Source of the DNA: an archaeon
Lineage (GTDB): Archaea; Iainarchaeota; Iainarchaeia; Iainarchaeales; Iainarchaeaceae
Direction of reading: 5' to 3'
DNA: 18,695 bases
NCBI GenBank assembly: GCA_038046625.1
Contig: JBBSVV010000018.1
Location: 1 to 18,695, forward strand
The notes under the pieces were generated by a model that worked only from the letters and a program-made list of their open reading frames with translations, made no database searches and was not told where the DNA came from. Of the stretch, positions 6,568 through 14,866 are shown piece after piece (position 1 is the first letter of the stretch; every line of letters starts with the position of its first letter). The position numbers were made by a program, and so were the translations under genes.

Positions 6568-7680
6568 TTGAGCCAAATTGAAACGCCGTTTTACGTAGTT
6601 GACGAGGCACTTCTCGAGAAAAATCTCCGCGTACTTAGCTACGTGAAGAAGAAAACCGGCTGCAAAATCCTTCTCGCTCTGAAGGGCTTTGCAATGCACA
6701 GCACGTTCCCGCTAATAAGAAAATATCTGGACGGGATTTGCGCAAGTTCTCCCCACGAAGCTAAATTAGGCAGGGAAAAATTCGGCAAAGAGGTTCATGC
6801 TTTTGCGCCGGCTTACAGCGAAAATGATATTCGCGGGTTGCTGAAGACCTGCGACCACATTGTGTTCAATTCCTTTGCACAGTGGAAAAAATTCCGCAAA
6901 AAGTTAAAAGGCAAAGTTGAGGCCAGCATAAGGATTAACCCCGAGTATGCGGAAGTGGAAACGGAGCTTTACAATCCATGCGCGCCGAATTCCAGGATGG
7001 GCGTAACATTGAAAAATTTTGATGAAACTGAATTGCAAGGAATCAGCGGGCTGCATTTCCACGCGCTATGCGAACAGAATTCGGACACGCTTGAAAGGGT
7101 TCTGGAGGCGGCCGAGAAAAATTTTGGCAAATATTTTTCAAAAATGAAGTGGATTAATTTTGGCGGAGGCCATCATATCACGCGGAAGGATTATGATGTC
7201 GAGAAGCTCTGCAAGCTGATAATTGATTTCAAGAAAAAATACGGGGTACAGGTAATTCTCGAGCCTGGGGAAGCGGTTGCTTTGAACGCTGGCTTTTTGG
7301 TTTCAAGTGTGCTTGACGCGATAAACAACGGAATGGATATAGCAATCATGGATACGAGCGCGGAAACGCATATGCCGGACACTCTTGCAATGCCTTACCG
7401 ACCATACATAATCGGTTCCGGGAATCCGGGAGAAAAGAAATACACCTACCGGCTCGGCGGCCTGACCTGCCTTTCCGGGGATGTCATTGGCGATTATTCT
7501 TTCGATAAAAAGCTTGAAGTGGGAACAAGGCTCGCGTTCACTGACATGGCAATTTATTCCATGGTGAAGAACACCACCTTCAACGGCGTGCAATTGCCTT
7601 CGATTGTGCTCGTGAAGAACGGCAAGGCAAAAGTGGTAAAAAGGTTCGGCTACGAAGATTACAAGAACAGGCTCTCGTGA
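6568..7680 (+). CDS. nspC: Carboxy(nor)spermidine decarboxylase (PLP, fold III); start uncertain
   Basis: ETPFYVVDE, PLP-lysine motif LLALKGF, LHFHALCEQ, WINFGGGHHIT, LEPGEA, TCLSGDVIGDY and final YEDYKNRLS. No in-frame ATG near the N-terminus; TTG at 6568 chosen, but the frame is open well upstream. Confidence 0.88.
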   Translation: MSQIETPFYVVDEALLEKNLRVLSYVKKKTGCKILLALKGFAMHSTFPLIRKYLDGICASSPHEAKLGREKFGKEVHAFAPAYSENDIRGLLKTCDHIVFNSFAQWKKFRKKLKGKVEASIRINPEYAEVETELYNPCAPNSRMGVTLKNFDETELQGISGLHFHALCEQNSDTLERVLEAAEKNFGKYFSKMKWINFGGGHHITRKDYDVEKLCKLIIDFKKKYGVQVILEPGEAVALNAGFLVSSVLDAINNGMDIAIMDTSAETHMPDTLAMPYRPYIIGSGNPGEKKYTYRLGGLTCLSGDVIGDYSFDKKLEVGTRLAFTDMAIYSMVKNTTFNGVQLPSIVLVKNGKAKVVKRFGYEDYKNRLS

Positions 7681-7699
7681 ATCCGCTTAACGCAGATTT

Positions 7700-8758
7700 T
7701 TAGACGCTGGGCTGCTGCTGGGAAATGCAGTGTATGGTTCCGTATCCGAAAACAAGGTCGAGGCAGTCAATTCCGATTACTTTCCGCGAAGGAAAATGGT
7801 GCGCAATTATTTCAAGCGCCTTTTTGTCTGTTTCAACTCCGAACTGCGGCACCAGGACTGCATTATTTGCTATGTAAAAGTTGCAGTAGCTCGCGGAAAG
7901 CTTTCTCTGGCCGGCAAAAACTTTTGGGGACGGCAGCTTGACAACATCGAATTTTTTTCCGGCAGAATCCGTTGAGGCCGAGAGGATTGAAAGGTTTTTC
8001 AGGAGATTGCGGTAATTGGAATCTTTTTCATTCCCCTCAATAGAGCAGAGTACGGTGTTTTCGCCCACAAATCTGGCGAGATTATCTATGTGGCCGTCGG
8101 TATCGTCGCCTTCAATTCCACCCGGAAGCCATATTATTTTGGAAACGCCTAGATGCGATTTTAATATTTGCTCAATCTTTTCCTTAGGAATGCCGGGGTT
8201 TCTGTTTGGATTAAGGAGGCACTGCTCGGTTGTGAGCAGCACTCCTTTGCCGTTTGTTTCTATTGCGCCGCCCTCCATCACTATTCCTGAAACAAAGAAC
8301 GGCAACTTCATTTGCTCATTGATTGCCTTGGGCATTTTATCGTCTTTCAGCAGCTCGGGGTATTTGTTGCCCCATGCATTGAATTTCCATTTCACCATTG
8401 CAAGCTTTTTTTCCCCGTGATTCACGACAAATGTTGGCCCGTAATCGCGGAACCACACATCGCCGTAATTATGCACAAAAAATTTGATTCTGGAAACGTC
8501 TGCTCCATTGCTTTCAAGGATTTTTATGGCGCGCTTCTTCATTCTCGCGCCGGTAACAAAGAGCTTCACTTCCTCGCTTTTGGTTTCCTGGAGCGCCTTT
8601 ATTATTTGCGAGTAGGTTTGCTCTACCTTTTCGAGGCTCGGAAAGGAAATTATATCGTATGGCCAGGAAAGGAAAATCGCGTCGTGCTTCTCCCATTCCG
8701 CGGGAAAAAAATAGGCGAGTTCACTTGGAGCCGGAGCGCTTTTTTTTGATTGCACCAT
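7700..8758 (-). CDS. aguA: Agmatine deiminase (PPAD family)
   Basis: PAEWE, WFRDYGP, FNAWG, EGGAIETNG, DDTDGHID and catalytic Cys in GTIHCISQQQP. ATG at 8758 preceded by GGAGG. Confidence 0.93.
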   Translation of the reverse strand: MVQSKKSAPAPSELAYFFPAEWEKHDAIFLSWPYDIISFPSLEKVEQTYSQIIKALQETKSEEVKLFVTGARMKKRAIKILESNGADVSRIKFFVHNYGDVWFRDYGPTFVVNHGEKKLAMVKWKFNAWGNKYPELLKDDKMPKAINEQMKLPFFVSGIVMEGGAIETNGKGVLLTTEQCLLNPNRNPGIPKEKIEQILKSHLGVSKIIWLPGGIEGDDTDGHIDNLARFVGENTVLCSIEGNEKDSNYRNLLKNLSILSASTDSAGKKFDVVKLPSPKVFAGQRKLSASYCNFYIANNAVLVPQFGVETDKKALEIIAHHFPSRKVIGIDCLDLVFGYGTIHCISQQQPSV

Positions 8759-9584
8759 AATTTTCAGGCCTCCTTTTTGCAAAAAATCCCCAGCCACGCC
8801 TTATTCGCGTGTTGTCGGAAAAGTCCACGGAAGCAACAAGGATTTCTTCCTTTTGGGAAGCGCGCTTCAGGATTTTTCCGAAGGAATCCGAAATGAAAGA
8901 GCCGCCCCAGAATTTGAGTTTGCCTTCCTTGCCGGCGCGGTTCACCGCAGCAACGTGTATTCCGTTTGCAATTGCATGGCCCCTTTGGATTGTTTCCCAT
9001 GCGGAGTGCCAGTCATCAGGCTCTTTGCCCCCGACAGGCGTTGCTATTGCAGTAGGGTAAAATATTATGTCTGCTCCATTGAGTGCGCTGATTCTTGCGG
9101 CTTCGGGAAACCACTGGTCGAAGCATATGAGCGGCGCGATTTTGCCGAATTTTGTTTTGAAAACCTTAAAGCCGAGGTTGCCTTCCGCGAAATAATTGGC
9201 TTCCCAGAACAAAGGGTCGTGGGGAATGTGCATTTTCCTGTATTTTCCGAGCAGCTTTCCTTTTTCACTGATGACTGCAATGGCGTTGTAGAATTTTTTG
9301 CCCGCCTTTTCGAACAAAGGCACGATTATTACTATGCCGAGCTCTTTTGCGAGCGCGCCCATGTTCTTGGTTGTTTTTCCGGGAACTTTTTCGGCAAGCA
9401 AAAATGCGGATTTATCCTTGTTTTTTTGCGGAAAGTAAAGTGTGCTGAATAGCTCAGGCAGGCACACTATCTGTGCGCCCCTTGAGGCGGCTTTTCTGGC
9501 CGAAGAAACGGCCTTTTCAATGTTCGCGTTTTTGTCGCTGGACATCGGCATCTGAACCAAGCCGATAACGGTTTTTTTTGCCAT
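8721..9584 (-). CDS. aguB: N-carbamoylputrescine amidase (carbon-nitrogen hydrolase family)
   Basis: Nitrilase triad motifs CLPELF, YRKMHIP and ICFDQWFPEAAR, plus YPTAI and QRGHAIANG. Overlaps aguA. Start set at MAKKTVIGLVQ (9584). Confidence 0.88.
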   Translation of the reverse strand: MAKKTVIGLVQMPMSSDKNANIEKAVSSARKAASRGAQIVCLPELFSTLYFPQKNKDKSAFLLAEKVPGKTTKNMGALAKELGIVIIVPLFEKAGKKFYNAIAVISEKGKLLGKYRKMHIPHDPLFWEANYFAEGNLGFKVFKTKFGKIAPLICFDQWFPEAARISALNGADIIFYPTAIATPVGGKEPDDWHSAWETIQRGHAIANGIHVAAVNRAGKEGKLKFWGGSFISDSFGKILKRASQKEEILVASVDFSDNTRIRRGWGFFAKRRPENYGAIKKKRSGSK

Positions 9585-9774
9585 GCAAAGAAGAGTGGGG
9601 GGCAAATTTTTTAACATGATGGAGCAAAAGACACGCAAAAAAATTGGAAAAAGCTGAAAAAACGAAACCCGAAAAAAACGGTCAAACGGTGTTTTTCGGA
9701 AAAAAAGAATAGCTGGGTGACCGATTGACGGTAGTATTTTATTCCCTGACATTGTTAATTGATTAAGTGGTTTT

Positions 9775-10026
9775 ATGGGTGCAAATGGTAAAGTTCCTCC
9801 GGGGAGAAGTCCGAAACTTTTCATTAAACCAGCAGTAATTGCCGACAGAGAAGCAAAAAAGCCGAAAGGCACTTTGAGGCGGACATCCGAACAATTTCAG
9901 GCCGAAAGAATCAAATCAAGGATAGAGCAGAAAGCACGAGTCCGGGCAAGAGTTTCGGCCGCTAATGTAGTGCAACGAGCGATTGCCGATCTTAAAGGTT
10001 CAAGAGGGCGCAGACGTTTGCTCTGA
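9775..10026 (+). CDS. Small Arg/Lys-rich hypothetical protein (83 aa)
   Basis: ATG-started ORF filling the gap between aguB and the zinc-ribbon gene, with an AT-rich TATA-like stretch upstream. No recognisable domain. Confidence 0.55.
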   Translation: MGANGKVPPGRSPKLFIKPAVIADREAKKPKGTLRRTSEQFQAERIKSRIEQKARVRARVSAANVVQRAIADLKGSRGRRRLL

Positions 10027-10065
10027 CTTGATAACTATTTTTGGCCAGAAAGCCCAAACAATGAC

Positions 10066-10172
10066 TTTAAATAGCCTTGGTGGAAAAAAGTATGAATCAG
10101 GCATCGGGGGAACACAGGCATTTAATGCCGGTTTTCGCAAGATGCCTAGTTATCAAACAGGAGGAAGAAGTA
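10066..10172 (+). promoter_or_regulatory. TATA box and structured 5' leader of the CxxC-x17-CxxC gene
   Basis: TTTAAATA at 10066-10073. A hairpin at 10099-10147 has stems AGGCATC/GATGCCT, GGGAAC/GTTTTC and GGCAT-TTA-ATGCC. AGGAGG Shine-Dalgarno follows. Confidence 0.6.
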
Positions 10173-10337
10173 ATGGGTTATAGGGATTTCGGCAATCAGG
10201 GACCTAGGCAGATGTATACTGCAACATGCTCTGACTGCGGAAAGGAAACTGAAGTTCCGTTTAAGCCTGCCGAAGGAAGGCCGGTTTACTGCAGGGACTG
10301 CTACCAGAAGCACAAGCCAAAAAGAGACAGCTATTAA
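10173..10337 (+). CDS. CxxC-x17-CxxC zinc-ribbon protein (54 aa)
   Basis: PRQMYTATCSDCGKETEVPFKPAEGRPVYCRDCY: two CxxC motifs separated by 17 residues. Strong Shine-Dalgarno before the ATG at 10173. Confidence 0.93.
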   Translation: MGYRDFGNQGPRQMYTATCSDCGKETEVPFKPAEGRPVYCRDCYQKHKPKRDSY

Positions 10338-10377
10338 TTCTTGGCTATTTCTTGAAGTTTGCAAATTTTAATCACAC

Positions 10378-10413
10378 GCGGTTCCGCGAGGGGCCGCAAT
10401 TTACTATTTTTTT
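10378..10413 (+). terminator. GNRA-capped hairpin followed by a T-rich tract
   Basis: GCGGTTCC-GCGA-GGGGCCGC (10378-10397; two G-U pairs, so it folds on the + strand) followed by AATTTACTATTTTTTT. Confidence 0.6.
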
Positions 10414-10503
10414 AGAAATTTTTTGGATTAATCAGAACTCCGACATGCGCCGCTTTCGCGGCACAGGATTATCATTTAATGATTTCTGAGCACTCATGCA
10501 TTC

Positions 10504-11838
10504 ATGCTCGTGATGAAATTCGGGGGAAGTTCGGTTGCCACTTCCGAACGCATAATCAATGCGTGCAAAATCATCAAGTCAAGCATTGGCAAAAATCCTG
10601 TAGTTGTTTTTTCCGCACTCGGGACAAGCACGGACAACCTGCTCGAGGCCGGAAACAAAGCCCTGAAAGGCGAAATCCATGTTGAGGAGATCAGGAATTT
10701 TCACCTCAAGGTTTGCCAGGAGCTCGGGGTCGACAAAACAAAAATCGAGGGCCTGCTTGGGGAACTGGATGATTTGATTACGGGGTTGTCACTAATTAGG
10801 GATTTGGCCCCAAAAACAAAGGATTTGCTGGTTTCGTTCGGGGAAAGGCTTTCCGTGCGCATAATAAGCGAGTACCTGAATGCCATAGGCATCAGGGCAA
10901 AATTTTTTGACGCATGGGATATAGGTTTTGTGAGCGACTCCAATTTTGTGAACGCGAGGCTGTTGCCGGAAACCTATGAGAGGGTTGCGAAAGCGCTTGC
11001 GCCGCTCAAAAGGAATTACTCTTACACCCCCGTAATAACGGGCTTCCTCGCGAAGGATGAGGACGGAAACATAACGACAACAGGAAGGGGCGGAAGCGAC
11101 TTAACCGCTTCAGTGATAGGCGCCGCAATAAAGGCGGACAAGATTGAAATCTGGAAGGACGTTGACGGGCTTTTCACAACCGACCCCGGGATAGTCCCCA
11201 ATGCGCTGCACGTGCCAAAGGTTTCTTTCGAGGAGGCTTCGGAACTCGCTTATTTCGGCGCCAAGGTGTTCCATCCGCGCTCAATTCTTCCCGCAATGAG
11301 CGCTAACATACCTGTTGTCGTCAGGAATTCTTTCAAGCCCTCTGGAGAAGGGACGATTGTGCTCAAGGAATTCAAAAAGAAAAATAGTGGCCTTACAGGA
11401 ATCAGCTTCAAAAAGAATATTATAGTGATAGACATAATTTCAACGAGAATGGTCGGGCAATCCGGCTTTTTGGCGCGCGTATTCAACGAGTTCCGGGAAC
11501 TCGGCATTTCCGTGGATTTAATTGCGACGAGCGAAGTAAGCATTTCGCTGACCATTGACGATGACAGGAACCTTAGGGAACTGCACAGGCGCCTGGAGGA
11601 AATCGCGAACGTGAACATAAGGTCGGAAAAGGCTAGCATAAGCCTTGTAGGGGATGTCAACAACGGCGGGAATGTCATGGGCCGGCTTTTGGTGGCGCTT
11701 GCCCGCAACGGAATAGCCCCAGAACTGGTTTCTTACGGGGCCTCGAAAGTGAGCGCCAGCATTGTTGTGGATAATTCAAAGGCCGAGGAGTGCGTGAAGA
11801 TACTTCATAAGGAGTTTTTTTCGGAGGCGGGAAAATGA
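10504..11838 (+). CDS. lysC: Aspartate kinase with C-terminal ACT domains
   Basis: MKFGGSSV, SFGERLS, GRGGSDLTA, WKDVDG..TTDP, EASELAYFGAKVFHP and ACT motif DLIATSEVSIS. Confidence 0.96.
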   Translation: MLVMKFGGSSVATSERIINACKIIKSSIGKNPVVVFSALGTSTDNLLEAGNKALKGEIHVEEIRNFHLKVCQELGVDKTKIEGLLGELDDLITGLSLIRDLAPKTKDLLVSFGERLSVRIISEYLNAIGIRAKFFDAWDIGFVSDSNFVNARLLPETYERVAKALAPLKRNYSYTPVITGFLAKDEDGNITTTGRGGSDLTASVIGAAIKADKIEIWKDVDGLFTTDPGIVPNALHVPKVSFEEASELAYFGAKVFHPRSILPAMSANIPVVVRNSFKPSGEGTIVLKEFKKKNSGLTGISFKKNIIVIDIISTRMVGQSGFLARVFNEFRELGISVDLIATSEVSISLTIDDDRNLRELHRRLEEIANVNIRSEKASISLVGDVNNGGNVMGRLLVALARNGIAPELVSYGASKVSASIVVDNSKAEECVKILHKEFFSEAGK

Positions 11839-12599
11839 ACATGGCATTGATTGGCTACGGAAAAATGGGGCAGATGGTGCAAAGGGTTGCGGAAGAAAGG
11901 AAGCACAGGATAGTATCGATAATTGATGTCTCGAACAAAAAAGCGATGTTCAGGGAAATAAACAAAGGCTCGGTAAAGGATGCCGACGTGTGCATCGATT
12001 TTACCGCCCCTGAATCCGCCATAGAGAACATCAAAAAAGTTTCTTCGCTTGGAAAAAACATCGTGGTTGGAACAACCGGCTGGTATAGCCATATTCAGGA
12101 AGCCGGGGAGATAGTGAAAAAAAGTGGCGTTGGCTGCATTTACGCCTCAAACTTTTCCATAGGCATGAACATAATGTTCGGCCTCACTGAATACGCCTCC
12201 AGGATATTCGACAGGTTTGACGCCTATGATGCCGCCGGCTTCGAGATGCACCACAACAAAAAGGCGGACAGCCCATCCGGAACGGCAAAGAGTCTGGCGG
12301 AAATAATGAAGGCCAATATTTCGCGCAAAAAGAGGATTGTTTATGATATGGTGAACCGCAGGATAGAGCCTGACGAGCTTCATTTCGCGAGCCTGAGGAT
12401 CGGCTCGGTTCCGGGAACGCACAAAATAATTTTCGATTCAATCGCGGACACAATAGAATTGAGCCACACGGCACGCAGCCGCGAAGGGTTCGCATTGGGC
12501 GCGGTGCTTGCAGCCGAATGGTTAAGGGGGAAAAAAGGGTTCTACACCATAAATGATTTCATGAAGGAAATAATGCATCCTGATTCGGGAAAACACTGA
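11835..12599 (+). CDS. dapB: 4-hydroxy-tetrahydrodipicolinate reductase
   Basis: GYGKMG, IDFT, VVGTTG, NFSIG, EMHHNKKADSPSGTA and SREGFALGA. ATGA overlap with lysC. Confidence 0.96.
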   Translation: MNMALIGYGKMGQMVQRVAEERKHRIVSIIDVSNKKAMFREINKGSVKDADVCIDFTAPESAIENIKKVSSLGKNIVVGTTGWYSHIQEAGEIVKKSGVGCIYASNFSIGMNIMFGLTEYASRIFDRFDAYDAAGFEMHHNKKADSPSGTAKSLAEIMKANISRKKRIVYDMVNRRIEPDELHFASLRIGSVPGTHKIIFDSIADTIELSHTARSREGFALGAVLAAEWLRGKKGFYTINDFMKEIMHPDSGKH

Positions 12600-12609
12600 A
12601 GGGCTTTTT

Positions 12610-13911
12610 TTGGCAAAAACAATCAGCATAGGTTTAATCGGCTGCGGAACCGTGGGCTCGGGAGTGCTCGAACTGCTGAAGGAGAACGGCGCGGAAATCG
12701 AGAAAAAAACCGGCATAAAAATCAGCGTGAAAAAAGTTGTTGTGCGCGACAGGCACAAGAAGAGGAATGCCGACGTTGATAAAGGGCTGCTCACCGAGAA
12801 CGTTGATGAAGTGCTGGAAGACAATGAAATTGACATGGTTGTAGAGCTCATAGGGGGCTACGAGCCGGCAAAAACGATTACGCTCAGGGCATTGAAAAAC
12901 GGGAAGTATGTAGTGAGCGCGAACAAGGCGCTTTACGCGAGGTTTGGCTCGGAGCTTTTCGAGGAAGCCAGGAAATGCAATTCAGACATTTACATCGAGG
13001 CCGCGGTTGCGGGTGCCATACCAATTGTCCTGCCGATGAGCCTTTCCCTGTGCGCCAACAGGATAACTTCCATACACGCGATTCTGAACGGAACCTGCAA
13101 CTTCATACTCACGAAAATGATGGAAGAGGGCCTGAGCTATGAAACTGCGCTGAAGCAGGCGCAGGAAAAGGGTTTTGCGGAAGCTGATCCTGCGCTGGAC
13201 GTGAACGGCACGGACACGATGCACAAGCTTGTTATCCTTGCTTCGATAGCTTTCGGCACCGCCCTGAAGGAAAGCGACGTTTTTGTCGAGGGCATAACGG
13301 GAATCTCGAAGGAGGATATGGCTTATGCCGAAGAGCTCGGTTATGTGATCAGGCTTTTGGGGATTGCGAAGCTCGAGAAGGGAAAGCTGGAGTTGCGTGT
13401 CCATCCCACAATGGTGCCAAAGCTTGAGCCGCTCGCCTCCGTGAGGAACGAGTTCAATGCGGTCATGGTGAACGGGAATTTTTCCGACAGGCTCCTCTTT
13501 CAGGGGCGGGGCGCGGGAAGCAGGCCCACGGCTTCCGCGGTTGTCGCGGACATAATCAATGTTGCACAGGACAAGTTTTCCGGCGCGAAATATGACACCG
13601 AGCTCATAAAAATTGGTTCCTCGAGAACGGTTGAAATGAGGGACATCAAAGATGCAGAGTGTTATTACTATCTGATGGCGCATCTTGAGGGCAAAGCAGG
13701 GGTTCTCACGCGGGTCAGCGAGGTTTTCGGAAAGCACGGCGTCAGCATCCAGGTTGTCATCCAGAAAGAGCAGCCCGAGGCAAAGCGTTTCGTTCCCGTT
13801 GTTCTTCTTACGCACAAAACAAGGGAAGGGCTAATCCGGAAGGTTGTGAAGGAAGTGGATGCCCTGAGCATTACGGACGGAAAAACCAAACTCATAAGAA
13901 TAGAGAAATGA
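12610..13911 (+). CDS. hom: Homoserine dehydrogenase with C-terminal ACT domain
   Basis: GCGTVG, VVSANKA, EAAVAGAIP, LNGTCNFIL, GFAEADP..DV.G.D..HKL and GRGAG..PTASAV. TTG start. Confidence 0.95.
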   Translation: MAKTISIGLIGCGTVGSGVLELLKENGAEIEKKTGIKISVKKVVVRDRHKKRNADVDKGLLTENVDEVLEDNEIDMVVELIGGYEPAKTITLRALKNGKYVVSANKALYARFGSELFEEARKCNSDIYIEAAVAGAIPIVLPMSLSLCANRITSIHAILNGTCNFILTKMMEEGLSYETALKQAQEKGFAEADPALDVNGTDTMHKLVILASIAFGTALKESDVFVEGITGISKEDMAYAEELGYVIRLLGIAKLEKGKLELRVHPTMVPKLEPLASVRNEFNAVMVNGNFSDRLLFQGRGAGSRPTASAVVADIINVAQDKFSGAKYDTELIKIGSSRTVEMRDIKDAECYYYLMAHLEGKAGVLTRVSEVFGKHGVSIQVVIQKEQPEAKRFVPVVLLTHKTREGLIRKVVKEVDALSITDGKTKLIRIEK

Positions 13912-13974
13912 CGCCAGAAACGAAAAAAAGGTGTTTAAAGGTTTAGTGGTCTAAGGTTAAGTGGTGAATAGCCA

Positions 13975-14859
13975 ATGGACATAAGGGGAGTTTATACCGC
14001 AATGGTGACGCCATTCAGGGGCAAAGAGGTTGATTATGATGGCCTGAGGCAGAACATTGCTTTCCAGATTGAGAACGGCATTTCAGGGATACTTGTTCTT
14101 GGGACAACGGGCGAAAACCCGACGCTTTCCCGCAAGGAACAGGACACAATAATCAAGGTTGCGGCCGAGGAAACAAAAGGCAAGGCAATTTTGATGGTCG
14201 GCACGGGAACCAACTCAACGGAAAAAACAATCGAGAACACGGGAACCGCAAAAGAGCTTGGTGCCGACATTGCATTGATAGTCACCCCATACTACAACAA
14301 GCCCACCAATGAGGGACTTTACAGGCACTTCAAGGCTGTAAGCGAAGCGGTTGACATTCCGGTTGTTGTTTACAACATACAGGGCAGGACCGGAAAAAAC
14401 ATCGACACCGCAACAATGAAGAGGATTGCACAGCTGAAAAATATTGCAGGCGTAAAGGAAGCATCCGGAAACATTGACCAGATTGGTGAAGTGCTGGGCG
14501 AAATAGCGTCGAAAAACCCTGAATTCAGCGTGATGAGCGGCGATGATTCAATGACATTTCCTTTGATGGCTTTGGGCGGAAAAGGCATTATTTCGGTCGT
14601 GAGCAACCTGGTTCCGAAAAAGGTAGTTGAAATGGCCAATGCCGCGGAGCGCGGCGACTTTAATGAAGCGAGGAAACTGCATTTCGAACTGCTGCCCATA
14701 TTCAAGGGCGCGTTCATTGAAACAAACCCCATTCCGATAAAGGAGGCAATGGATATGGCAGGAATGCCTTCCGGCCCATGCAGGCTGCCTCTTTGTGAAA
14801 TGGAGCCGCAGAACCGCGAGAAGCTAAAAAAGATACTCGAACAGATGAAAATAATATAA
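13975..14859 (+). CDS. dapA: 4-hydroxy-tetrahydrodipicolinate synthase
   Basis: TAMVTPF, GTTGE, PYYNKP, YNIQGRTG, Schiff-base lysine in GVKEASG, SGDD and ETNPIPIK. Confidence 0.96.
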   Translation: MDIRGVYTAMVTPFRGKEVDYDGLRQNIAFQIENGISGILVLGTTGENPTLSRKEQDTIIKVAAEETKGKAILMVGTGTNSTEKTIENTGTAKELGADIALIVTPYYNKPTNEGLYRHFKAVSEAVDIPVVVYNIQGRTGKNIDTATMKRIAQLKNIAGVKEASGNIDQIGEVLGEIASKNPEFSVMSGDDSMTFPLMALGGKGIISVVSNLVPKKVVEMANAAERGDFNEARKLHFELLPIFKGAFIETNPIPIKEAMDMAGMPSGPCRLPLCEMEPQNREKLKKILEQMKII

Positions 14860-14866
14860 GCACATT

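Noticed and set aside
9585..9872. 96-aa N-terminal extension of AguB
   Set aside because: Phe-rich translation of A-tract intergenic DNA. The nitrilase fold begins at MAKKTVIGLVQ, with a TATA-like box just upstream.
10338..10503. Lysine riboswitch upstream of lysC
   Set aside because: The space left after the upstream terminator-like hairpin is too short, and I see no L-box consensus.
12982..13815. 277-aa antisense ORF within hom, and similar shadow ORFs (4662..5279, 8853..9452, 17352..17936, 17566..18156)
   Set aside because: They lie opposite well-conserved enzymes, show no motifs, and are expected from codon bias.
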